Source of the DNA: the human T2T-CHM13v2.0 reference genome, Homo sapiens
Assembly (NCBI RefSeq): GCF_009914755.1
Contig: NC_060930.1
DNA length: 64,000 bases
Direction: 5' to 3' (one strand)
Shown here: piece by piece, positions 1 through 12,844 of the stretch
Position numbering within the stretch: the first letter of the stretch is position 1
Layout: each line of letters opens with the position of its first letter
Notes under the pieces: generated by a model
What the model was told of the DNA's origin: nothing
Database searches by the model: none
Seen by the model: the letters and a program-made list of their open reading frames with translations, nothing else
Made by a program: the position numbers and the translations under genes

Positions 1-78
1 ACTCCTGAGCTCAAGTGATCCGCCCGTCTCAGCCTCCCAAAATGCTGGGATTACAGGTATGAGCCACCGTGCCTGGCC
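1..78 (-). mobile_element. Alu left arm (5' end; truncated by window edge)
   Basis: Reverse-complement Alu: ctcaagtgatccgcccgtctcagcctcccaaaatgctgggattacagg...gcctggcc. Confidence 0.95.
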
Positions 79-3000
79 TCATAGATATTTTTTATAATTG
101 ATCTGGATTTTATATTTATTTTCCTGTAATGTCCAAATAATTCGCTTTTTTGCTACCAAAATAAATTTTAAAACCTTGTTATTTGAAGTAATAGCAAAGA
201 TATTCACAATAATTTTACATGTTCCTTTTGTCCAAGGTAAGGCCAATTCCCCCTATGAAATAATTTCCATGAAATTCATGACTGCTCCTTTTTGCCTCTC
301 TGACAAGGCCCTCCCATCGTGACACCATATGGTGTAAACAGTATACACAAAAGCTCAGAGCAGACAGATGTTTGGATGTTCCCAGAAAGGACTTAGCTCA
401 TAGTCTGCATATTTAATGTATATGCATAATTCCCCAGTTACGTACACTCATGTCCATCTGTTATGATGGCATTTTGCCCAAATACAAATTGGGAAGATTA
501 TTTCACTTGCATATGGATGCCAGGTAATGACAGGTGTAGACAGGCTACCTGGTGGTGCAGTGAGGGACCATTTTCCTGCCAAATTCCTTCTTCTGAGGAT
601 ACAATGGACGCTGGTGCTGCACATTTAAAACTGTGTTTATAGCCACTGGTAACATGTGAACATATACTCAGCTCTGGCAATGCCAAGACTTTCAGAAATC
701 ATCGGAAATGATACGTAGGGAAATGATATGTAGTCTTTAGCCTTTCTGGGCCATGACAAAGAGAACTGGAATTTTCTCAGCTCCTACAAACAGATTAGGG
801 CGCTTTTACCGGAATAGTAAAGAAGGTGTGGGAAGTGTTGGGTCCTGCACAATATCAGACTTGCAACTAAGTTGGAATGGGTAGGAAGCTATTTCAGAAA
901 ACAACTAGCGCTGTGGTGGATGTTATTTAGCAAAACAGAACATGCTATTAAATAACATCTCTTAGCCAACACAGGGTGAGTTTTAATCAGCCCAGGCTCA
1001 GAACCAGAAAAAACGCATTATTAAAATGTAGTCAAAGAGCAGTCAATTAAGATTTATTAAGCATCTGCTTGGTGCATGGCTCTGCATAAGTTTTGTATAA
1101 AGGCTTTATAAAACTTATTCATCAAGGAAGATTGGATATCACAAAGTCAAAATGTTGTTGGCTTTGTATCTTAAATGGTGAGTGACTGTAAATGTCTGTA
1201 CCTAAACAATGTTTTATCTTATTTTCCCATTACTAAGGTCACATTGCCCATTACTCATCATCAGAGAATAAGATAGTACCAATACAGACAGTATGTAGAC
1301 ATTTTGCAGGAAGATTGGAAAGGCTTATTTTCTATCTTGTTTTATTTGATTTTATTTAACTTTGGCCACACAAGGTTTTAAGGCCTCAGACATTGTGAAT
1401 GAGCAACAAAAAACTTACGTACTTGGTGTTATGCTTTTATCCATCCTACCCTAGAAAATCAATCACTCTTCAGGTTAAATTCAGGATAGTAGATAAATGT
1501 TTAGATAATATTAAACGACAGATTTGACTTGTAATTCTGAAAGTAACAAGTTCCATTTGTCTAGGTAAAGTCAAAACAACTACTTTTTTCAATAAATTTT
1601 CTTGGCAAATTATTGTACACATGATATACGAGCTTTATTTCATTTAAAGTCAAAATAGGCGTTGATTTAATACTTCAGCAAGTTATCCACCTTTATTTAA
1701 AAGTATATAAAATGAACTCTTTGTTAACACAGAATTGATAGTTCTCAGTATGATCTCTTGGGCCCAAATTCTTAACAAAGAAACTATAATGATAAAGAAA
1801 CACTGAGAGAAAAGTGTACACATTCTATGCATAAAAGAGGTTGATAGGATATAGGTCCCGTGGGTGATATTTTACCAATAACCTAGGAATTCTAGGCCTT
1901 CCTCTGGACGTGGAAAATTTATATATTCAAGACAGGGATGCATTTAACCTGTTAGATGTTTTTAAGTTCCTGAAGGAGTTTTGCTAAATAAATCGTCCTT
2001 TTATGTAGTCAGTGCATTTCTGAGGAGCAAATAAGTAGCAGCCACTAATGTAGGTTCTGGGGAGACAGTGGAGGAAAGTTCTGATCCAGGGGAGTTAAAG
2101 TGCATGTAGATGACTAGATCCCTACACTTGTTCATGTAATGTAATGGTAAACAACAATTAAAGAAACATTTCAATAAAATAGTACGCAAGGATCGAAGCC
2201 TTCTTTAATACTCTCTGAATCAGTGCATGCTCAATTCAACTTTGATCCTTTTTGTTGGTTTAAAATATTTAAATTATTTACAATATAATACCAGTTATTT
2301 AGTGGCTGCTGCTTTTTGTTTTATTTTTAAAGTGTTAAATTCTACATTTTTGTTTTAGAAAGAAGGACATTTGCTATATTTCTTCATGAGAAAATCCCTC
2401 CTAGAAATTCTCCTATATTTTTCCCCAAATTAAAATGCTGTGATTATTCCTTCTAGCTGTATTTTTGACAAGCTACTCTGTCATAGCAACTTTCTTGAAG
2501 CTCTTTGTAAAGAGTATACAATATTGCCATGCATGCCACTTCACAAAAATTATCCTTTTATTTGGCTTGCAGTTTCCAGCTCCCCCCAAATTCAATATTG
2601 AAAAAAAAAACACCCTGCATACTATTCATACTATTCTTTCCGAATATTTAATCATATTAGAATAGGATAGTCCTTAAAAACAATTATTGCGCCACTTTTT
2701 CTAACCAACATAAAGCAACAACAATTGTCAGATGGGGAAAGTGAATCTAACACAGAAAATTAGCAAAGCCAAGCAAGAGGGAGAGAGAGCAGACAAGGGT
2801 TAAGAATGTTAAGTGAAGCATTCTAGCTGATAAATACTTACAAAATAAAGGAGAAAATGATGAAAAACTTTATTTCCATTGTCAGTAACTGAAGAAATGA
2901 ACTTGTAAAATGTAATACAGTACAATACAGTGAAAAAGTATTTGGAAAAAAATACATCAAAAAGATGTGTCAAAATATGATGTCAAAGTTCCCCCCAAAA

Positions 3001-4254
3001 AAGATAAATTAGAATTACAAAATGAAAAGAACACAGATTTATATTTAGAAGACCTAGGTATATGTCATTTATTCTTTTCCTTGCTTCCATTGGTTCTGCC
3101 TCAATAGGAAACATCTGTTGAATTGTTCAGCTGGGCTTCTTGTCCTCAATTAGCTGAGTCCTTTCAATGGTTGTAAATTGTATTTGCCTGTCTTTGAGGT
3201 GAATTCACTCAGCTTCCAAATGTGTCTTGTGTTCAAGCCTTTCTAGCAGGGGCAAATCAAAATAGGGAAGACCTGGGTTCTTTGCTCTAGTGGGCCCATG
3301 ACAGAGCAACTGGTACAACTAGGTTCTCCTCTGAAGGGTGATGTGACATCTCTCTGCTCTCAGGCTTTCCCCAAGATCTGCTAATTCCACAGACCATCTA
3401 TATAGCTCTCTGCAAGAGCACTACAGTCAGCTGAATCAGGCAGCCCATTTTCTGTCCTCTGCAAAATAGACATACATAGCAAGTGGTCAGACTCAATCCT
3501 ATTCTGTATGTTACAGAAAGGATTTACGGCAAAGAAGTTACAAGATATTCTTAGCAATCATGGGAATGATTGTTGTTTTCTAAGGCTCCTTTCAGTTCTT
3601 GGATCTCTTCCGTCTCCAACGCCATATCTCAAAGAGCAACCACAACGCCTGCTCTCTTGGAATCACTCTCAATATGAGGTACTTTAAGACCATTAAGCCA
3701 AACTGCTAAGCTGCTTGTGTCTATCAAGTGCCTTCATCACAGACATGGGAGAAGACCATGGTATCAAGAGTCAGAATGCAAGTCATAAATTTTCCCCAAC
3801 CCCTTTCCTTATTCGTTTTTAAAATTCATTCTTCAAACTCTGATTAGGAGAAGGTAACCACTTAGTTGTATAAGGCCATTTATATACTCTATGATTAATG
3901 TACACTTTGATTCTTTTTCATCCAATAAGAGAAATGATAGGATCTCAAGAAGTGGAGATCAGCTAAAGGAAATTCAGTTTTAATCAATATCTAGATACTA
4001 CCCACAATGCTCCTGTCCTTTGCCTGAGGTGGGATTTTTATATTGTTCTAAGATGTGGAGTACTGGAACAAGCTCATACTGCTCAGCACTGGGGGCAGAA
4101 AACTGGGTTTCTGTTGAACTTGTGCAAACATAACCAGGCATGCATTCCAAAGGGCAGGAAGGGAGCATTTGGGATTCCTTTATTGCCTTCCTCAGTGAAG
4201 AAATATATTATTATTAAATATATGAATATTATATATAGTAAATAAAACAAATAT

Positions 4255-5050
4255 GCTTGCTTATTTATATATACATTCTAGGTGATAAAAATACAGTAAA
4301 AAATCCCTCATTGAGCTTACATTCTAATGTGGGGAAAGACTGAAAAAAAGGAATAAGTAATCTTAGTTCAGAGAGTAATACTGTGAAAAAAAGAAACAGA
4401 GCAACAGGATTGAGAGACTGGGGAGGCTGGTTTAGATGGGAAGTCAGCAGTGCCCTACTCAAAGAGGTAATATATGAACTGAGACCCAAATGAAAAGGAG
4501 TCTGTCATGTGTGGATCTGGTTCACTAGTCTTCCAGGTAAATGGAATGCAAAAGACAGGAAGGAGCTGAGCATCTTTGAGGAACAGGGAGAATGCCAGTG
4601 CATATGTATCAAAGATTTAGTGAGCAAGGGTGTAAATGATATTAGGTCAGACAAGTAGGTAGGCTCTGTATCATGGTAGTGCTTCTGGACTTTATTGTAA
4701 GTATAACAGAAGGCCTAAGGAATATTTAAGATGGACAGTGAAATAACCAGTTTTTATCTCAAAGAGAGTATTCAGGCTGCCATGACACAAATGGATTAAA
4801 GTAGGACTAGACTGGAAACAAGGAGAGAGGGGCTAAGACACCATTATAAGCAATACATGCATTAGGCACTGCAGTCATCTTTACCAGTACCATTATAAGT
4901 GGTGGAGAGAAAGAGCCATTAGATCATTGCTGATGGATTAGATATGGCAAATAATGAAAAAAAAATGAACTTAAAGCTGTCTTCCAAATTTTTGGTTTGT
5001 GCAACTGATTGAATTGTAGTGCCATCACTGAGCTGGAAAAGTTACTGAAT
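4255..5050 (-). mobile_element. L2 (LINE2) 3' portion
   Basis: ccctcattgagcttacattctaatgtggggaaagac is the reverse complement of the L2 3' end, followed by typical purine-rich antisense L2 body; boundaries approximate. Confidence 0.75.
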
Positions 5051-5096
5051 GTGGGCTTCCCTCTTCTCTATCTCTAATTTTAGATAGGGAAGCAAA

Positions 5097-5378
5097 TCAT
5101 TCTTAGCAAACTATCGCAAGGACAAAAAACCAAACACTGCATGTTCTCACTCATAGGTGGGAACTGAACAATGAGAACACATGGACACAGGAAGGGGAAC
5201 ATCACACACCGGGGTCTGTTGTGGGGTAGGGGGAGGGGGGAGGGATAGCATTAGGAGATATACCTAATGTAAATGACGAGTTAATGGGTGCAGCACACCA
5301 ACATGGCACATGTATACATATGTAAGAAACCTGCACGTTGTGCACATGTACCCTAAAATTTAAAGTATAATAATAATA
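5097..5378 (+). mobile_element. L1PA 3'UTR fragment (heavily 5'-truncated, L1PA3-6-like)
   Basis: catgttctcactcataggtgggaa...G-rich tract...gtgcagcacaccaacatggcacatgtatac...taaagtataataataa matches the primate L1 3'UTR. Confidence 0.95.
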
Positions 5379-5779
5379 CTTTTTAAAAAGCATTTCTAAA
5401 CAAAGAGACTTCTTAAATTGGGAATATTTCAGTGTGATGTGATTTCTGTCTTCTGTAGATAGCCTGTCTTCTGAGTAGACTGGAAAATCATGAATAATCT
5501 TGCTTAGGAAAAAATTAAAAAGACAAAATACATAGTCTGTTAATCATAAAAAGGAAATAAATATGTTTACATGAAGACATCCAATGATCAAAAACAGAGT
5601 TGAGAACTTGTCAGTTAAGAGATGAAAACGAGCAATCCAGGTAGATGTCCATGTGTGAAGTCACGAAGCCATGACAGAAAAGTAACGGAGTTAGAAGATA
5701 GTTGTGACAATAGTCACAATAATAATAATCCAATCCAAAATAATAACCCAGTTTTCCTAAGCATTATGTCAGGAGTGGA

Positions 5780-6170
5780 CAGTAGAAGGGTGTGTAGATG
5801 GAAGCCAGGCTGGAAGATTGGAGCCTTGTGTTCTTAAGGTAATGAGTCCTCACAAGAAGGCATATCACCACAATGGCCTTTGGAAGGATCACTCTTAGGA
5901 ATGTGGATGAGGAACTGGGGTTGGAGGGATGTCAAACAGTTCTACAGAAACCCAATTACTACAGAAGACTCTTATAACAATCCAGACAAAAGGCAATGGA
6001 AGTTGGAATGAGGGCAGAATTCAAGTTTTGCTATTAACTAGTTTTGTCCCTGTGAACAAGTCATATCTGTCCTCATTTCTGTATAAGGAAAATAGGAAGG
6101 TGGTCATAATGACTCAACTAAGTATTTCTCAAGGTGTCGCCATAAGATCTTCTCATGAAGGGGCTTTTTG
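5780..6170. mobile_element. Decayed L2 fragment (minus) followed by MIR (plus)
   Basis: ggaaggatcactct (L2-like); actagttttgtccctgtgaacaagtca...cctcatttctgtataaggaaaatagg (MIR core-like). Confidence 0.5.
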
Positions 6171-7290
6171 TGATAGCAAGAGGAAGGCAGGCTACTGAAT
6201 TTTTATTGTCCTATAGTAGAATCAAAATACAAATGATTAGGGTGCTATGTACACCTGGAAATGTGGCCGAATGCCTATTTATATAATAATTTATTCATAA
6301 AACTCCTACTCAAATAACAATTTGCTTTCCATGCCATCTCATTTTATGCACTTCTTTGCTGCAAAGTCAGTGAGGGAAACAGAAAAGAATATTTTTAAAA
6401 ACCAGATTTAAAAATACTATCAACAAACCCTCTCGAGGAGAAAGATAATGTTACAAAAAGAGTTTTATGCTTTGGTTTGTTGTATCAGCTTTAATGTTGA
6501 TATAGACTATGAATTGAGATTGAAGTCTTAGGACTTTAGTGGTAGCAAAGGGCTTTTGTGGTATTAAACACCTCAATTTTACTCAGGCATTTAGCAAACC
6601 ACAAAAGCCATTAATTGGCTGTCTTCTGTACTGTCGTGGATATTGCTTCCAAAGCATCAGTAAGTACAGAGCAGATCTGTGATCTCTTCCCTTTCTCACC
6701 ATACAGGTAATTTATAAATTAAATATGCATACCCCGATTCTTATTTTGTAATGGTCAAAAACATTTTCCAAGAGATTTGATTTCCACAGGTTTCCGAAAC
6801 ACTTAATTCTAAACTTAATTCTCCTGATGCCTGCAAATCAGCCATCTGAGGCTTAGAATTCAGTTTGAGAGATTTTCATATGGCCTTGCTCTGAAAAGCT
6901 AAAAGATATTTGTAAAATGTTGTTGATCTACAGACCTGTATTGTTTTAAGTTATTGAATTTTATACAGGCAAAGCTGTACATGTAAAGACAGAGAATTCT
7001 ATTCTCAAAAAACTACTCTTGCTATTCCTTTAAATTATTTGCAACACAACTGGAGTTTTGGGACTCCACCCAAACTTTCCAGATATCTCAACCTTTGTTT
7101 TATCCATATTTAGAATGTAACTGTGGTATATTTATACATATATATATATGTCACTATTAGAAAAATTGTCAAGTTCTGCCTCAGTATTACAAAGGAACTT
7201 TTATATTTATCATTGCTATCAATGCAAACACTAACTTAGTTAAAAAAGTGAAAAATGATGCAGGATGAATTTTTAAATGTATCTGGATTT

Positions 7291-8520
7291 CAAGAGAATG
7301 AGAAGACAAGCCACAGACTTGGAAAAATATATCTGCAAAAGACATATCTGATCAAGGACTGTCATCCCAAATATACAAAAAACTCATTACAAATCAACAA
7401 GAAGAAAACAAACAACTTAAAAGTGAGCAGATCTCAACATACACTTCATCAAAGATGTACAGACGTACAGAATTTAGTGAGCAAGGGTGAAAGTGGTATT
7501 AGGTCAGACAAATAGGTCAGGCAAGTAAGTGTATGAAAAGATGCTCAAAATCATATGTCATTAGGGAATTTCAAATTAAAACAGTGAGACACCACTATGT
7601 ACTTATTAGAATACGGAAAATCCAGAACACTGACACCACCAAATGCTGGTGAGGATGTGGAGAAACAGGAACTCTGTATTTTTTTTTTTTTTTTTTTTTT
7701 TTGCTGGTGGGGATTCAAAATGATATTGAAACTTAGAACCACAGTTTGACAGTTTCTTAGAGAACTAAACATACTCTTACCATATGATCCAGCAATTGTG
7801 CTCGTTATCTATCCAAACGAGTTGAAAACTTACATGCGCACAGTAACCTGCACACAAATGTCTATAGGCAGCCTGATTCATAATTGCCAAAACTTGGAAG
7901 CAACCAAGATGTCCTTCAGTAGGTGAATGGACAAGTAAACTGTGTGCATCTAGAAAATGAAATGTTAATTCAGCAATAAAAATAAATGAGTTTGTATGAA
8001 GCCAAGGAAAGAAATGGAAAAAGCTTAAATGTATATTTAAAGCTCAAATGTACTTAAATGTATATTAAAAGCTTAAATGTATATATCAAGTGAAAGAATT
8101 CCATCTGAAAGGTCACATACTATATGATTCAAAATATATGACATTCTAGAAAAAGCAAAATTACAGAGACAATAATGCATCAGTGATTGACAGGGGTTAG
8201 GGGAAGGATGGAATGAATAGGTGGAGCACAGAAAATTTCAGGTAATGAAACTATTCTATATGATACTATAATTGCAGATAGATGTCATGCCTTTGCCCAA
8301 ACCCAAAGAATGTACAACATTCACAATAAGCCCTAATGTAAACTATGAACTTTGAGAGACAATGATGTGTCAATGTATTTCACTGATATTGTAACAACTA
8401 TACCACTGTGGTGCAGGTTGTTGATGGTAGGGAAGACTGAGGGAAAAGGGGTATGTAAGAGATCTCTTTACCTTCCTGTCAATTTTGCTGTGAGTGTGAA
8501 ACTACTCTAAAAATAAAAGA
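7291..8520 (+). mobile_element. L1MC-type 3' end (ORF2 C-terminus plus 3'UTR)
   Basis: aaatgctggtgaggatgtggagaaacaggaactc, ccatatgatccagcaatt, caaccaagatgtccttcagtaggtgaatgg, 3' end aattttgctgtga...ctctaaaaataaaa; contains (T)24 at 7679-7702 and a foreign insert at ~7464-7519. Confidence 0.9.
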
Positions 8521-9046
8521 TCAATTAATTTGTTTTGATTGATAAGAATATGATTTCAATAGCATAATGTTATGAAATATCGACCATTTCATCAAGTTGA
8601 AACAGCCTATTCAAGATTTAAAAAGTCATATTGCTAAATAAGTACTTTCTCCCTCCTCTTTAGGGATAGGAAGATATTGAAGGCTCCTCCATATACATTT
8701 CTGATCTCCAAAGAGCCCTAAGTGCATCTAAACAGACCAAAGTCATCTTTATGGCGCATCGGCGAATGATGAAGTATTGGAGGATTATTACCCCATTTAT
8801 GGACTCAGAGGTTAAATGATAAATGTGAGTCAAATCACAAGCAGGGATTATGTGGTAGAAAACACTTTCAATGGCTTGCATTTCTCATCTTTATACCATT
8901 TAAGTTATTCCTTTTTTAATTTTCTTCTTGTTCTGACATTTTGCCAGCTGAGACCTATTCAAAACGAAGAACTCCGAAATCAATAGCTCATAGATGCCTA
9001 AATCAGAGTTTTAAGTCCATTACTCTGCATACATTATAAGGGACTA

Positions 9047-9393
9047 TGCTATTGGCTGAATTATGTCCCCCTCCCAAATTCAAATGTTAACTAACCACTC
9101 ATGTGATATTATTTGGAGGTGGGGCCTTTGAGAGGAAACCAGGTTTGGATGTTGTTAGGAAGGGGACCCTCATGATGGGATTATTGCCCTTATAAGGAGA
9201 TACACCAAAACATACTCTCTCTTTCCCTCTCTCTCTCCACCATGTAAAATCACAGTGAAAAGGTGGCCATCTGCAAGCTAGGAAGAGATCCCTCACCAGA
9301 ACCCAACTATCTTGGACCTCCAACCTTCAGAACTGTGTGTTGTTTAAGCCACCCAGTCTATAGTGTTCCGTTAGGACAGTCTGAGCTAAGACA
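9047..9393 (+). mobile_element. MaLR solo LTR (MLT1A-like)
   Basis: TG...CA termini; gtgatattatttggaggtggggcctttg, ggccatctgcaagc..gaagaga, gttgtttaagccacccagtcta, gagctaagaca. Confidence 0.85.
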
Positions 9394-10954
9394 GGCTGTA
9401 TGGGTGCTATTCTGAATCAATGTGCTCTTTCTGAGAAAAGAAGAGGTAATCAAAGAATATAATATTGCCTTTGCTGTGAAACTGGTATTATTGCTGCTAC
9501 TGTTGGTGCTGGTGGTGGTGTATGTGTGTGTTTGACATGCATGTAAAATGTGTGCATTTTAGCTGTCTAATGAATTGAGACTAAGTAAGCAAATTACATA
9601 GATAAATTAGATAGGCTGCTTTTTAGGCCTGAACACAGGAATTCTGAGCTCTAGTTTAGAGTCTATGTGGCATTACGGAAATCAGGTTTCTTCTCTCTAC
9701 AACCTGTTTTTTAAATTTCTAAATAGAGTTAAATAAAACTTGACCCCACTTCTGGAGATTTGAAGACAATTCAACTATATGGCGAGCTTCTAGGTAACCA
9801 CATACCATCCTCATACATGTTCATTTACATTTATGTGTGTCTATTTAGAACACATTTATGGGAACAAGACTGTATGAAATTAGAAAGGAAATAAAAACTG
9901 AGGGCAAGGATTAGATGAATAGATATGTCAAATACACAGCAGAATGGGTTTATATAAAATATATGATTGCATATGTGAGTACAATTTTTTAAAGAAATAC
10001 AAAAGGAAGACATCTGAAGAATCCAAAAAAGGGTTAGCAAAGCAGTAGAAATGTGGCTAAGGGCATGAGAAAAATGGGGTTGAGTAGCTCACATTATAGC
10101 AAAATGGGCAATAAATGACAGTATAGTCATTTGTAGGCACATTGGGAATCGACTGTGCAGAGCTTGATGAGGTCTAAATTCTACAGTGTGATTAGATAAA
10201 ACTGTAATGTCACAATCATTTTTGTAAACCAGCTAGCTCAGAAGACCATTTTTTTCCTCAATTCTAATGTATTGACTACTTTTTTGTATAACTTCTATTT
10301 GTAGAAACATGACTACAACATGGTCTTTCATTTAGTGTCTTCCTTCTAACAGGTATTATTTTGTTTAATTTCTTCATTTTAAATTATTTCTGGCCATGTT
10401 CACTGTGATGTAAAATCTTAAAAAAACCTGAAGAACAACAACAACAAAAAAAAACCCCACCAAACCATCACACCTTTCAAATTTTGAAAACCACTGGTTG
10501 GCATACATAAGCAATAATAAAAGAAGATCTGCTCTGTCTTTTTGGGAAGATGTAATATCTACTATTCTACACATGGTACTCTTAACACTAAATGTTTCAA
10601 AGGCACATGGGGTAAAAATATCACTTTAGTACTCTTTTTTCCTCTTTTATGATTCTACGAATGGTTTGAGAAAATCTATTTTTATGGATTTCGAGTTGGA
10701 ACCAAAATCAATTGAAGATATATGACCCCAAGAGCTTAAAGTAGATAAAACGCATGACTATAGCATTACTATACAGTGGTAAAATTTGCATTGCTTAATT
10801 TCATGATAAAATTTATTTGTGTCATGCCAATTTTCAGAAATTAAATTTTAAAACTGTGAGCTGAAATTATGTGTATTAGATTCTGGAGAGGTTGTTTCAT
10901 GCAGCAATTATGAATATCACTGTGTGGCCCCATTGCCTGGGTGAGAGACATTGA

Positions 10955-11128
10955 CACTTTGTGGCTTACCGTGAAATGCTAGTCATTCTGGGGCCTAAAT
11001 TTACATATCATAAAATAGATCAATAATAGTAATAAGCAATATAATATGGATGTTAGAAGGATTAAACATGTAAATTGCTCAAAATGGTATCTAGCACATA
11101 CTGAGCACCTGATAAATGTTAGTTCTTA
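10955..11128 (+). mobile_element. MIR
   Basis: ggcctaaatttacatatcataaaatag...aggattaaa...tagcacatactgagcacctgataaatgttag. Confidence 0.6.
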
Positions 11129-12199
11129 TGCTCCCCAGGGGGATTACAGAATTGCCTACTCTCCTATACCACCTATTTGAAACAATAAGGTAAGTCTGTT
11201 ACATCTACCTTACCTTATTTCTTTAAAGAATTTTAGTTAAAAAATAAATCATGAAGTGCTAAGTATATGTGAATGCACTTTTTAAGTTGTAGAGAATCTT
11301 TGGACTACAACAAATTATGAAATGTAAAAAATGTTTTTTGGCTATTTATCCTTGGAAGATTAAGGTCTAGGGTGAGAATATTTTTACAGGCAAATAGTTG
11401 AGTCAGAAGCTATTCTTGACTGAGTAGTTGGAAAGGATTCAGTCCTAAAAAAGTGCAGTCAGAGTACGTTTAGACATAGTGATTTTAGTATCACTGGTAT
11501 GAAATGAAGGTCTAAGGAAGACCAATAAAACAAAATACTGACTCAAGTGAAGATTTTGTAGAAATATAGATGGAAAGAGGGCAAAGTAAAATGCTTATAA
11601 TAAATTAGGAGACTCAAGCAAGTCCCTCCATAAAGGCAAAAATTAATAAAATGGCAACGTAAGTGAAAATAGCTATTCAGGGAAAGGAGGCAGGTGGATT
11701 ACATATTTCAAAATCAGTTTAAATGAAAAAGAAAACTAAAAGGTAAAGAAAAGTTTGAAAGAACAGAAATGCTCAAGAAAAAACTTTTAAATTCAATTCA
11801 CTTAGGAGAGATGTATAAACAAAGATAATGTAAATTATGAATTCATTAGTGAAAACTGGTAATCTCATCTTAAATTGCATGGTAATATCCTTGGGCAATG
11901 AGCCATACAAGTCAAAGATACAGGACATGTCAAAACATTTTAAATGCTCCTGTCATTTCCACTGCCTTGTTTTCAGAATAAATGCTAAATTGTACCAATC
12001 AGCAAGTGTTCTTATATTATTCATCTATTGAGTAAATTTCTCTTGCTATTCTAGATGAACAGGAGATTATATTAACTCCCAAGTTTCATTATGCACACGT
12101 TAAAGCAGCCCTCTTTATTGATATTTTTTCAATATGTGGGTGAATATTTTAGCAAATTATATTGGACTCTGGTTGGCAACTTTCCTGGAATTTTTAAAT

Positions 12200-12820
12200 T
12201 GTTATTACATTTTTTAAAAAATTGTGAAAGCAATACCTGCTCAGTATAGGAAGTAATGTGAGTCAAATATAAATTCTTTTAGAAGTTAATATTATCTTTT
12301 TATGACACATCTCCAACACACTCTTTTACTGAACAATACATCATGACCATTGCTCCAAACCAATGAGACAGAACTCATTCTTTTTAGTAGCTAATTAGTT
12401 TTCCACAGCATACCTGTAGTTCACTAATACATTCGATTATTTATTTATGGATGTTTTAGAGTTTTCCACCGTTTTGCCACTATAATTCTATGATTATCAT
12501 TCTATTACATGGTTCCTTTATATCCTGAGATTAGATTCTCTAAAAAGGAATTATTGTGTTGAATGATGTGTTACTACTTTTAAATTTTAATGCACATTGC
12601 CAGACTTTCCATAATGATCATATTATACGACTATCAACAGAATATTAAGGTGCTTCTTTCTTCAAACATAAAGATGCTTTCTTTAGAGTGGCAAGCCATC
12701 ATTTTTTTCTTTGACATCCATATCGTTAAAAAATTATATCTCATAGTAAATATCATTTTATATGTATTAGCCATTTGGATTTTCTCCTTTTTGAATTGCT
12801 TATCTATATTGAAATATTTA
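12200..12820 (-). mobile_element. Old L1 (L1ME-like) 3' region, antisense; probably resumes at ~15200-15520
   Basis: ctcattctttttagtagct, ttttgccactataa, ttgccagactttcc, ttagccatttggatttctcc; highly diverged. Confidence 0.6.
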
Positions 12821-12844
12821 TAATTTCTAAAAATCTATTTGTAG

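Noticed and set aside
704-733. 15-bp tandem duplication ggaaatgata(c/t)gtag and similar short duplications (~13404-13440, ~14830-14860)
   Set aside because: Ordinary slippage micro-duplications.
5211-5244. G-quadruplex-like G-run cluster
   Set aside because: Standard feature of L1PA 3'UTRs; nothing locus-specific.
8642-8830. Strong acceptor-like ctttctccctcctctttag followed by exon-like sequence
   Set aside because: Stops in all three frames, no convincing donor, and it runs into a MIR-like remnant.
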